A stretch of DNA of 57,975 nucleotides from an uncultured Eubacteriales bacterium (GTDB lineage: Bacteria; Bacillota; Clostridia; Christensenellales; CAG-138): contig ONMC01000004.1 of NCBI GenBank assembly GCA_900318745.1, positions 1 to 57,975 on the forward strand, given 5' to 3'. Shown here piece by piece: positions 35,660-43,505 of the stretch. Below the pieces are notes generated by a model. The model ran no database searches. It was not told where the DNA came from and worked only from the letters and a program-made list of their open reading frames with translations. Both the position numbers and the translations under genes were made by a program. Every line of letters starts with the position of its first letter. Position 1 is the first letter of the stretch.

Positions 35660-37234
35660 TTATTCGACTGCCGTTTCGGGCTCCAGCACCGTCTTTACGG
35701 CGCCGGACGGATCGCCCTGCACGGTTACGTTGCGATTGACCTTCGCGTCGTAGGTTCCGGCCTTCATGATGTCCACCAGATCGAGTCCGGTCACTTCCTT
35801 CATCGTTTCGATCGTGCGTGCGAGGACGCTGGGGACGTAGCTTCCCATCGTGTCCACGCCGCTGCCGCCGCGACCGCCGTCGATGATGGTTACCTTGTCG
35901 ATGGATTCGAGCGGCTTTGCGATCGACGCCGCCATCTCGGGCAGCGCCTTGACGATCATTTCGATCATCGCCGCCTGGCCGTACTTCTTCATCGCTTCCG
36001 CTTTCTTTTCGAGCGCTTCCGCCTCCGCGATGCCGCGGGCTTCGATGGCTGCCGCTTCCGCTTCGCCGACCGCCTTGATGCCTTCGGCTTCCTGCATCTT
36101 CGCGTACTTTGCGGCTTCCGCCTGCACGCGCTGCGCTTCGGCTTCCTTCTCGCGTTCGAACTTCTCCGCTTCCGCATGGATTCTGCGGATCTCCGCGGCT
36201 TTTTCACGCTCGAATTGTTCCGCTTCCGCCTTGCGCTGCCGTTCGAAGAGCTCCGCCTCCGCCTTTTGCTGACGGGCGAACTTGTCGGCTTCCGCCTTCT
36301 TTTTGATCTCCGCCTCGAGCGTTTGCTCGGTCACTTCCACGTCCTTGCGTTTCAGCTCGATCTCGCGTTCCTGCCGCGCGATGTTCGCGTTTGCGGTGGT
36401 GACTTCGATCGTCTTGCGCTGCTCCTGCTGCTGGATCTCGTACGCCGCGTCGGCTTCCGCCTGCTTGATGTCGGATTCGCGCTTCAGCTCCGCCTCGCGG
36501 ATGCGCAGCTCGTTTCTGCGGGATGCGATCTCGCTCTGCGCCGCCACCTGCGCCTCGTTCGCCATCCGTTTTGCTTCCGCTTCGGCGATCGCGACGTCGC
36601 GCTCCGCCTGTGCCTTGGCGATCGAAGCGTCCTTCTGGATCTGCGACATATTGTCCTGACCGAGGGCAACGATGAGACCCTTTTCGTCTTCGATCTTCTG
36701 GATGTTGCAGGAGATGATCTCCACGCCCAGCGCGTTCATGTCGGTCTGCGCCTTTTCCTGCACCTCGTCGCCGAACTTCTTGCGGTCCGTGTTCAGCTCC
36801 TTGAGCTTCACGGTGCCGATGATCTCACGCATGTTGCCCTGCAGCGAGTCGGTCAGCGCCAGCGCGATCGCTTCTTCGCTCATGTTCAGGAAGTTCTTCA
36901 TCGCGATCTTGATGCCGTCCGGATCGGTTTTCAACCGGATCTTTGCGACCGCGTCGATGTCCACGCCGATGAAGTCGAGCGTCGGCACGTAGCCGTTCGT
37001 TTTGATATCGATGCTGATCTGCTTTAAGACCAGCGTGTCCTTCCTTTCCAGGAACGGAAGCTTGATGCCTGCGCGTCCAATCAGGATCTTCGGCGCCTTC
37101 TTGATGCCGGAGATGATATACGCCTTATCCGGCGGCGCCTTGACGTATCCGCTGACGAGGATCGCGATCACGATTGCGGCCGCACCCGCGATCAGTCCGA
37201 TGGTGAGACCCGTATGCTCCGTAATGAAACCCAT
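35660..37234 (-). CDS. flotillin (SPFH domain, FloT/YuaG-like), 524 aa
   Basis: An N-terminal TM hairpin and SPFH domain are followed by a long E/A/K coiled coil. ATG at 37234 follows AAGGAGAG. The track ORF start at 38020 is a spurious extension. Confidence 0.88.
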   Translation of the reverse strand: MGFITEHTGLTIGLIAGAAAIVIAILVSGYVKAPPDKAYIISGIKKAPKILIGRAGIKLPFLERKDTLVLKQISIDIKTNGYVPTLDFIGVDIDAVAKIRLKTDPDGIKIAMKNFLNMSEEAIALALTDSLQGNMREIIGTVKLKELNTDRKKFGDEVQEKAQTDMNALGVEIISCNIQKIEDEKGLIVALGQDNMSQIQKDASIAKAQAERDVAIAEAEAKRMANEAQVAAQSEIASRRNELRIREAELKRESDIKQAEADAAYEIQQQEQRKTIEVTTANANIARQEREIELKRKDVEVTEQTLEAEIKKKAEADKFARQQKAEAELFERQRKAEAEQFEREKAAEIRRIHAEAEKFEREKEAEAQRVQAEAAKYAKMQEAEGIKAVGEAEAAAIEARGIAEAEALEKKAEAMKKYGQAAMIEMIVKALPEMAASIAKPLESIDKVTIIDGGRGGSGVDTMGSYVPSVLARTIETMKEVTGLDLVDIMKAGTYDAKVNRNVTVQGDPSGAVKTVLEPETAVE

Positions 37235-37471
37235 GTTCCTCTCTCCTTTCAATAGGTCCCTTCGGTTTCGGCAACCGTTCGGCTGCCTCTTGTTTACGGA
37301 TCCATCATAGCGTACGCGGCGATTTCCCGAAAGGGACGCCGTCTGCAAAAGGCACGGGCTAATTCCGCACAAAGAGCGAAATAACGGTGCGCAAATTGAA
37401 GCGATCGCCTCTTCCCAAATGCATGCGCGCGTTGTATAATAACAGCAGAAAGAACATCGGAGGACAAGAGA

Positions 37472-37960
37472 GTGGGTAAACGGTCGGTGAAGGAACACAA
37501 AAACGTGTATCAGCAAAGCCGCGAAGCGTGCGAGCTGAGCCGCGAGGCGGCAAGCGAACGGCTGCAGTATGTGTCGGCGGACCGCATCGAAAAGATCGAA
37601 AGCGGCAGAAGCGCGCCGCATCCGGACGAGGTGCTTCTGATGGAGCAGGGGTACGGCAATCCGGAGCTTTCCAATTATTACTGCACGCACGAGTGCCCGA
37701 TCGGCATGAAGTATGTGCAGAAGGCGGAGCTCAAGGAACTGCCGCAGCTGACGGTGGAGCTTTTGTCGGCGCTGCATGCGATGGAGGATGAGCAGAACCG
37801 CCTGATCGACATTGCGGTCGACGGACGCGTCAACGACTTCGAACGCAGACAGTTCGATGTGATCCTCGGGAAGCTGAACGCATTGGACCGGTCCATTCGC
37901 GGCATGCGCATCTGGATCGAGCACGCGATGCAGACCGGCAAGATGGAAGAGGCAAAGTAA
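37472..37960 (+). CDS. XRE-family helix-turn-helix transcriptional regulator
   Basis: GTG start lies 7 nt after GGAGGA. The HTH_XRE-like segment is CELSREAASERLQYVSADRIEKIESG, and the C-terminus is helical. Confidence 0.65.
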   Translation: MGKRSVKEHKNVYQQSREACELSREAASERLQYVSADRIEKIESGRSAPHPDEVLLMEQGYGNPELSNYYCTHECPIGMKYVQKAELKELPQLTVELLSALHAMEDEQNRLIDIAVDGRVNDFERRQFDVILGKLNALDRSIRGMRIWIEHAMQTGKMEEAK

Positions 37961-38006
37961 AACCAAACGTGCGGCTGACGTCGCAGGAGAAATGAAAGGA
38001 GAAAAC

Positions 38007-38444
38007 ATGGAACAGTACAACTATCAGCAGCAGGTCATCGTGGAACCCGCACCGGCAAAGAAGCCGATCGGTCTGCAGGTCACGGCGCTCATCCTCGGCA
38101 TCGTCGGAATGGCGCTCGCATTCGTGGCATACTTCGCGACGATCTTTTCGAACATCGGCGCAGCAGCGGCCGCTGACGGATACCCCTTCACGCAGAACGC
38201 GGCGGCGGTCTCCGGCGTCAGTCTGATCGCGAGCATCGTGGTCATGGTTCTGTGCCTGGTCGCGCTGATCCTTTCGATCGCAGGTCTCGTCAAGAGCATC
38301 CGCCGCGCGACGCGCACGGTCGGCGGCATCATCATGAGCGCGATCGCTCTGAACCTTTCCGGCGCGGGCTTTGCGCTTTCGATCGTCGGCATGGTCATCG
38401 GCGGGCTCTTTAGCTTCCTGATTCGTTCCGGCGCGATCCACTGA
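38007..38444 (+). CDS. small polytopic membrane protein (DUF4190-like)
   Basis: ATG at 38007 follows AAGGAG. The N-terminus is Gln-rich and is followed by about 4 TM helices. Confidence 0.55.
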   Translation: MEQYNYQQQVIVEPAPAKKPIGLQVTALILGIVGMALAFVAYFATIFSNIGAAAAADGYPFTQNAAAVSGVSLIASIVVMVLCLVALILSIAGLVKSIRRATRTVGGIIMSAIALNLSGAGFALSIVGMVIGGLFSFLIRSGAIH

Positions 38445-38463
38445 CGAGGCAGAAGAATAAGGC

Positions 38464-39102
38464 ATGACGAAGAAAGAACGGTTGATTCTGGCGCTCTGCG
38501 CCGTACTGGGTGCGGCACTGATTTGGACGGTGTGTGCGCTGGAAGCTTCCGGCCGGGCAATGCTGCGCATCAGCGATTTTACCGCGGATGAAGCGGGAAC
38601 GCTCTACGTCGCCGGACCGCGACAGGTGCGTGTCATCGCGGCGGATCATTCGGTCGTCACGTTTCGTCCTGCCATTCGGTCGATCGATCATATTGAAACG
38701 GACGGGCAGACCGTTCGACTGTTCTCCGGTGCGCGTTATCTGCTGCTGGATCGTTCGGGAAACACGGTAGAGTATGGAACGCTTGAGGAGAAGCCGGACT
38801 GGGATTCCGTCCGTTTTGCACCCGTTATCCAAGGCGATACAACATACTCGCTGCATGCCTTTCTCGGCATCTATCGGATTGAAAAGCGGACAGGAAACGA
38901 AACGACCGTTTGTTGCCGGTCGACCGGATTGGATATTGCCGTACGGATCATGCTTGCTCTCGGCGCGCTGATTCTCTTAGGCGCCGGTATCGGCTTTCCG
39001 GTCTACTTCACGGCAAACCAGCGCTTTGCAAAGGACGGCACGATCCTGCCGCCGCGCAATAACGGAAACCGGAAGGATCGAAAAATCGGAGAAACCGTCT
39101 GA
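38464..39102 (+). CDS. hypothetical membrane-anchored protein
   Basis: It has N- and C-terminal TM helices flanking a beta-rich middle. I recognise no family. Confidence 0.5.
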   Translation: MTKKERLILALCAVLGAALIWTVCALEASGRAMLRISDFTADEAGTLYVAGPRQVRVIAADHSVVTFRPAIRSIDHIETDGQTVRLFSGARYLLLDRSGNTVEYGTLEEKPDWDSVRFAPVIQGDTTYSLHAFLGIYRIEKRTGNETTVCCRSTGLDIAVRIMLALGALILLGAGIGFPVYFTANQRFAKDGTILPPRNNGNRKDRKIGETV

Positions 39103-39135
39103 ACTCTGCCGAAAGGCAGTTATCACGCGCAAACA

Positions 39136-39163
39136 AAAAGGACTTCCCGCGGGAAGTCCTTTT
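39136..39163. terminator. bidirectional terminator
   Basis: AAAAGGACTTCCC-gc-GGGAAGTCCTTTT. Confidence 0.75.
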
Positions 39164-39177
39164 GTGTTGTTGCTCGA

Positions 39178-39348
39178 TTATTCCTGAGCCGGTGCGCCGA
39201 CGGGGCAAACCTCTGCGCAGTTGCCGCACTCGATGCAGGTGTCGGGATTGATCTCGTACTTGCCGTCGCCTTCCGCGATCGCTTCAACGGGGCACTCTGC
39301 CGCGCATGCGCCGCAGGAGATGCATTCATCACTGATTTTGTATGCCAT
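39178..39348 (-). CDS. 2x[4Fe-4S] ferredoxin, 56 aa (absent from the supplied ORF track)
   Basis: The minus strand reads MAYKISDECISCGACAAECPVEAIAEGDGKYEINPDTCIECGNCAEVCPVGAPAQE, with two CxxCxxCxxxCP motifs. GGAGG lies 8 nt upstream, the stop is TAA, and a terminator follows. Confidence 0.9.
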   Translation of the reverse strand: MAYKISDECISCGACAAECPVEAIAEGDGKYEINPDTCIECGNCAEVCPVGAPAQE

Positions 39349-39545
39349 AGTAAAAAACCTCCTCGTAAGATTACAGATTCATTATAGCATGTGTTTTTGA
39401 ATTTGCAACGGTTTTTTCGCAATGTTTTTCCGCCTTTTTCGAATGGAAAACCATACTATTTTTGTAGGATATGCTCTATTTTTCGGGCAGCTCTTTCTTT
39501 CGACAACCGCCGCGGCATAGAATACGGGTCGGGAAGGAGGAAGCC

Positions 39546-40364
39546 ATGCTCTATTCGTTTCAACAGGGACTTTTGAATATGCCGCCCAAGCGGGATCCGG
39601 ACCGGCGCCTTCTGCTGCTGCCGGCTGAGATGATCCGCCCGAACCCGCATCCGTCGCGCAGGGTGTTTGACCGCGCGTCGCTTTCGGAGCTTATGGTGAG
39701 CATCGCGCAGGTCGGGCTGATCCAGCCGCTGATCGTGCGGCAGCTTCCGGACGGCTTTGAACTGATCGCGGGCGAGCGGCGTCTGAAGGCGTGCCGTCTT
39801 CTCGGGTGGAAGGAGGTGCCCTGCATCGTGGTGCAGGCGAGCGAAGAAAAGAGTGCCGCCATGTCGCTTGCGGAAAACACGCAGCGCAAGAAGAGAAACT
39901 ATCTGGAAGAGGCGGAAGCGCTTGAAGCGTATCTCAAAGCGTTCGGCGCGGGCGAGGAGCGGCTGGCGATCCGCATCGGAAAAAGCCAGGCATATCTGAA
40001 CGACAAGCTTCGGTTGACGAAGCTCTCGCCGGAACTGCGGCTGAAGCTTCGTGCGGCAGGGCTCTCGGAACGCCATGCCCGTGCGCTGCTGCGGCTTGAC
40101 GATGAGGAGCAGCGTGAAAAAGCGCTCGATGTGATCGAACGCCGCCGCCTTTCCGCCTCCGCAACGGACCGGCTGACGTCCTCGATGGTGCGAAGCGAGA
40201 GCGCGGCGCCGATCCGGCTGATCCGCTGCGCAAAGGATTGTCGCCTGTTCGTCAACAGCGTCAAAACCTGCATCGAACAGCTTGACGGCACCGGTATCTC
40301 CGCCACGCTCGAAGAAACCCGCCGCGAGGACGGGCTGGATCTGGTGATCCACGTAAAGACGTAA
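39546..40364 (+). CDS. ParB/Spo0J/Noc-family protein (ParB N-terminal domain plus HTH)
   Basis: IRPNPHPSR and the FELIAGERRLKACRLLG (GERR box) motif are present. ATG at 39546 follows GGAGGA. No parA gene lies next to it. Confidence 0.75.
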   Translation: MLYSFQQGLLNMPPKRDPDRRLLLLPAEMIRPNPHPSRRVFDRASLSELMVSIAQVGLIQPLIVRQLPDGFELIAGERRLKACRLLGWKEVPCIVVQASEEKSAAMSLAENTQRKKRNYLEEAEALEAYLKAFGAGEERLAIRIGKSQAYLNDKLRLTKLSPELRLKLRAAGLSERHARALLRLDDEEQREKALDVIERRRLSASATDRLTSSMVRSESAAPIRLIRCAKDCRLFVNSVKTCIEQLDGTGISATLEETRREDGLDLVIHVKT

Positions 40365-40370
40365 CAAAAA

Positions 40371-40393
40371 GCCCTCCCGATACGCGGGAGGGC
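40371..40393. terminator. bidirectional terminator
   Basis: GCCCTCCCG-atacg-CGGGAGGGC lies between the convergent parB-like and holA genes. Confidence 0.7.
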
Positions 40394-40399
40394 AAAGGA

Positions 40400-41386
40400 T
40401 CAGAAGTTTCGGCAGATCGCGAGGATCAGACCGTTTTCTTCGTCGATCAGACCTTTCTTGAGGTTCGCATTGATCTCGGCAAAGGCGGCGACTGCGGCGC
40501 GCAGGCGCTCAACGGAGAATTTCTGCGCGTTTTTGAGCGTCATCTCGGCCGCTTTCGGATTGCCGCCGATCGCCTTCAGGATCTCGGCGCGCGGACGCTT
40601 TTCCTCGGTCATCTCCTTAGCGATCAGCAAGCCTTTCATCCGCCCTTCCAAAAACGACGCGATGCCGAGCACGTTCTCATTGCGCCCCCTGAGCGCTTCG
40701 GAAAGCTGCTTCATTGCGGCTTTTTTGTTGCCCGCGAGAAGCGCGTTGAGCATCGGAAAGATCTCGAACTCCACGGACGGCGTCACGACGGTCTTCAGCA
40801 CCGCAGCGTTGATCGCACCGCCTTCGCCGACATAATCGCACAGCTTGGACGCTTCGTTTTCGAGCCGGTACGCGTCGGTGCCGACCATGCTGATCAGCTG
40901 AAATGCTTCCGGACGGTCGAGCCGCACCCGACGGTTTGCGCACAGCCGCATGCACATGCGCATCGCGCGATCCTCGTCCAGCGGATCGAACGAGACGAAC
41001 CGGTCCTTGCTTTTGAACAGCTTCGTCAGCGCGCTGTCCTTCGCGGCGCCGCGCCGCAAAAAGATCGTGATCGCGTCCGGCGTCTGAAACAGCGTATCGA
41101 GCGCGCGGAGCTTTTCGAGTCCTGTATAGACCTCTTCGTCGGAAAACTCGGTGACGATCGAGACGCACATCGAATCGAACACCGGTACGCTTCTGAGCGC
41201 ATCCAGAAGAAGCAGCGGGTCGGGCGCTTTTTGCCGCTTGAGATTCAGATCGAGGAAGCCGGGATCCAGCAGCGCAACGATGCGGTCGACCGCCTGCTGC
41301 TTTACGAGCTCTTCGCTGCCCGCAAAGTAGTAAGCGCCCGAAAGCGTGCGGCTGTTCGTTTTTTCAAACAATTCCCGTTCGTTCAT
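40400..41386 (-). CDS. holA: DNA polymerase III subunit delta
   Basis: The size, the N-terminal SGAYYFAGSEELV segment and the overall helical pattern are typical of HolA. ATG at 41386 follows AGGAG. Confidence 0.75.
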   Translation of the reverse strand: MNERELFEKTNSRTLSGAYYFAGSEELVKQQAVDRIVALLDPGFLDLNLKRQKAPDPLLLLDALRSVPVFDSMCVSIVTEFSDEEVYTGLEKLRALDTLFQTPDAITIFLRRGAAKDSALTKLFKSKDRFVSFDPLDEDRAMRMCMRLCANRRVRLDRPEAFQLISMVGTDAYRLENEASKLCDYVGEGGAINAAVLKTVVTPSVEFEIFPMLNALLAGNKKAAMKQLSEALRGRNENVLGIASFLEGRMKGLLIAKEMTEEKRPRAEILKAIGGNPKAAEMTLKNAQKFSVERLRAAVAAFAEINANLKKGLIDEENGLILAICRNF

Positions 41387-41459
41387 CGTTCGGCTCCTAT
41401 CCGGTGATATCACCGAAATTATAACACAGAGAAAAACGGATTACAATGAAAAAAAGTCC

Positions 41460-41488
41460 TTGCATTTGGGGAAAAACTGTGATATAGT
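41460..41488 (+). promoter_or_regulatory. sigma-A promoter of rpsF-ssb-rpsR
   Basis: TTGCAT (41460-41465), 17 nt, TATAGT (41483-41488). Confidence 0.55.
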
Positions 41489-41500
41489 ACAAAAGCTAAC

Positions 41501-41527
41501 GGTCCTTCTTGCCTTCAGGAGAAGGCC
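41501..41527 (+). promoter_or_regulatory. 5'-UTR hairpin, candidate S6:S18 autoregulatory leader
   Basis: GG(t)CCTTCT-tgccttcagg-AGAAGGCC lies between the predicted TSS and the RBS of rpsF. Confidence 0.3.
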
Positions 41528-41552
41528 ACAAGACCATAAGGAGGTGAAATAC

Positions 41553-41840
41553 ATGAATCAGTACGAAGTTTTGTACGTGATCACGCCCGAACTGGATGAC
41601 GAAGCGAATCAGGCCGTTATGGGTAAATTTGCAGACATCATCACCGCGAACGGCGGCGAGATCGAGAAGACCGATGTGTGGGGCAAGCGTCGCCTGGCAT
41701 ATCCGATCGATTACAAGACGGAGGGCTTTTATGTTCTGGTCGCGTTCAACGCGAACCCCGAACTGCCCCATGAGCTCGAGCGCAATATGCGCAACGATGA
41801 ACGGCTCATTCGCTACATGGTCACTCGTAAGGAAGCATAA
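41553..41840 (+). CDS. rpsF: 30S ribosomal protein S6
   Basis: MNQYEVLYVITPELDDEA...WGKRRLAYPI. ATG follows AGGAGG. Confidence 0.95.
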   Translation: MNQYEVLYVITPELDDEANQAVMGKFADIITANGGEIEKTDVWGKRRLAYPIDYKTEGFYVLVAFNANPELPHELERNMRNDERLIRYMVTRKEA

Positions 41841-41883
41841 GCAACCAAAGTAAACAGCACGAAAGAACGGAGGATACGAAAGA

Positions 41884-42303
41884 ATGAACAAGATTACTTT
41901 GATCGGCAACCTGACCCATGACCCCGAGGTGCGCAGCACGCCCAGCGGCGTGACCGTATGCACCTTTACCATCGCCGTTAACAGACGCTTCGCAAACCAA
42001 GGCGGGGAAAGACAAACGGATTTCTTCCGCATCAATGCCTGGCGGCAGCTGGGTGATACCTGCGCGCGCTACCTCAGTAAGGGCCGCAAGGTCGCCGTCA
42101 TCGGCGAGCTGCAGGCGCGCACCTATGAAGCAAAGGACGGCACGACCCGTATGTCGCTCGACGTATCGGCAGATGAAGTTGAGTTCCTGACGCCCAAAGC
42201 AGCAGACGAAACCGGCAGCGGTTACTCCGCGCCGCGTCCGCAGGCGAACCCGCAGGATCTCGCCGGATTCACCGACATCAGTTCCGACGACTTACCTTTC
42301 TAA
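41884..42303 (+). CDS. ssb: single-stranded DNA-binding protein
   Basis: It has an OB fold (MNKITLIGNLTHDPEVR...) and an acidic C-terminal tip, DDLPF. Confidence 0.95.
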   Translation: MNKITLIGNLTHDPEVRSTPSGVTVCTFTIAVNRRFANQGGERQTDFFRINAWRQLGDTCARYLSKGRKVAVIGELQARTYEAKDGTTRMSLDVSADEVEFLTPKAADETGSGYSAPRPQANPQDLAGFTDISSDDLPF

Positions 42304-42324
42304 AAATTTTACAGGAGGCATCAC

Positions 42325-42567
42325 ATGGAAGATCGTAAACTGCGTCCCCGTCGTCCGAGAAGCAGACGCAAAGTTTGCCGTTTCTGCGTTGAGAAGGCCA
42401 CATCCATCGATTATAAGGACATCAAAAAGCTGCAGGGCTTCATTTCCGAGAGCGGAAAGATCATGCCCCGCCGCATGTCCGGCGTGTGCGCCGAGCATCA
42501 GCGCGATCTCGCGGTCGCGATCAAGCGCGCGCGGATCATGGCTCTGCTGCCCTACTGCGCAGAGTAA
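42325..42567 (+). CDS. rpsR: 30S ribosomal protein S18
   Basis: [55 protein letters not shown]. Confidence 0.95.
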   Translation: MEDRKLRPRRPRSRRKVCRFCVEKATSIDYKDIKKLQGFISESGKIMPRRMSGVCAEHQRDLAVAIKRARIMALLPYCAE

Positions 42568-42593
42568 CATTCAATTACAACCGACCGCTTAGC

Positions 42594-42619
42594 ACGAGAC
42601 CTTCGGGTCTCGTTTTTTT
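42594..42619 (+). terminator. rho-independent terminator of rpsF operon
   Basis: ACGAGACC-ttcg-GGTCTCGT followed by TTTTTT. Confidence 0.8.
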
Positions 42620-42623
42620 GTAC

Positions 42624-42651
42624 AAAAAAACCGCTCCACAACGTGAAGCGG
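42624..42651 (-). terminator. weak terminator of mgtC
   Basis: The minus strand reads CCGCT-tcacgttgtgg-AGCGG followed by TTTTTTT. Confidence 0.45.
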
Positions 42652-42667
42652 GAATCGGAAAAGACCG

Positions 42668-43399
42668 TTATCTGCTGATTTCGCAGCTGATGGCTTCTAC
42701 GCCTTCCGTTTCGTTTAAGAAATCGATCAGATCGGTAATGGTGGTGCTGTTGTTTAACCGAAGGTTGAGCTCATACTTTGCACCTTCCTGCAAAAAACTG
42801 ATCTTGGTGGAAATGATCAGGATGCGGTGCTTATCTGCATACTCGTTGAATGCCTGACGGAACGCCTTTGCATCGACAACCATACAGCTGACCAACCCGA
42901 TCACCGTTGAATCGGTGCCGATCGTGAACCGGTGCATGATGATCTGGATAACGGCGATGATGAGCGTTGCAAAGAGCCCGATTACATACATGCCTGCGCC
43001 GATCGCAAGCCCGATGGCCGCGGTTGCCCAGATCCCTGCCGCCGTCGTAAGACCATGGGTGGAATTGCCGGTACGGAAAATCATTCCCGCTCCGAGAAAC
43101 GATACGCCGGAAATGATCTGTGCCGCAAGACGCGCAGGGTCCGTGCCGTTTGTGCCGAACAGCTTCGCGCCGACGGGAGAGATAAGGTCGCTGAACGCGT
43201 ACTTCGATATGAGCATGGTCAATGCCGCTGCGCAGCATACAATGATGTGCGTGCGAACGCCCGCCTCTTTCAGTCGCTTTGTACGTTCATAACCGATGCA
43301 TGCGCCGCAAACGCAGGCAACGAGAATCCGCACGAAAAACTCCGCATACTGCAGCAAGGAAAATTGTCCGAGCATATACCCGGCGAGAGTACCTGTCAT
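42668..43399 (-). CDS. mgtC: MgtC/SapB family membrane protein
   Basis: The GACIGYERTKRLKEAGVRTHIIV motif and about 5 TM helices are followed by a soluble ACT-like C-terminal domain. Met11 of the track ORF was chosen as start. Confidence 0.85.
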   Translation of the reverse strand: MTGTLAGYMLGQFSLLQYAEFFVRILVACVCGACIGYERTKRLKEAGVRTHIIVCCAAALTMLISKYAFSDLISPVGAKLFGTNGTDPARLAAQIISGVSFLGAGMIFRTGNSTHGLTTAAGIWATAAIGLAIGAGMYVIGLFATLIIAVIQIIMHRFTIGTDSTVIGLVSCMVVDAKAFRQAFNEYADKHRILIISTKISFLQEGAKYELNLRLNNSTTITDLIDFLNETEGVEAISCEISR

Positions 43400-43435
43400 T
43401 TGACACCGCCTTTCCGGACAGACCGTCATTGGTAA

Positions 43436-43492
43436 CGCAAACGTTTGCGCTTCTTATGTGTTTATCTTATCACGTTCCGCCGCGATTGTCAA
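43436..43492 (-). promoter_or_regulatory. mgtC promoter with LacI/PurR-type palindromic operator
   Basis: On the minus strand: TTGACA (43492-43487), 17 nt, TAAGAT (43469-43464), 12 nt, AGCGCAAACGTTTGCG. The perfect 14-bp palindrome is at 43436-43449. Confidence 0.55.
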
Positions 43493-43505
43493 CCGGTTCC
43501 GTGAT

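Noticed and set aside
35654-37027. 457-aa ORF on the plus strand
   Set aside because: It is antisense to flotillin. The repetitive L/R/F content mirrors the E/A/K repeats of the sense strand.
43400-43505. Possible Mg2+ (M-box) riboswitch upstream of mgtC
   Set aside because: Only ~105 nt are available, and after the predicted promoter the leader is ~60 nt. That is too short for an M-box, and I see no multi-helix structure.
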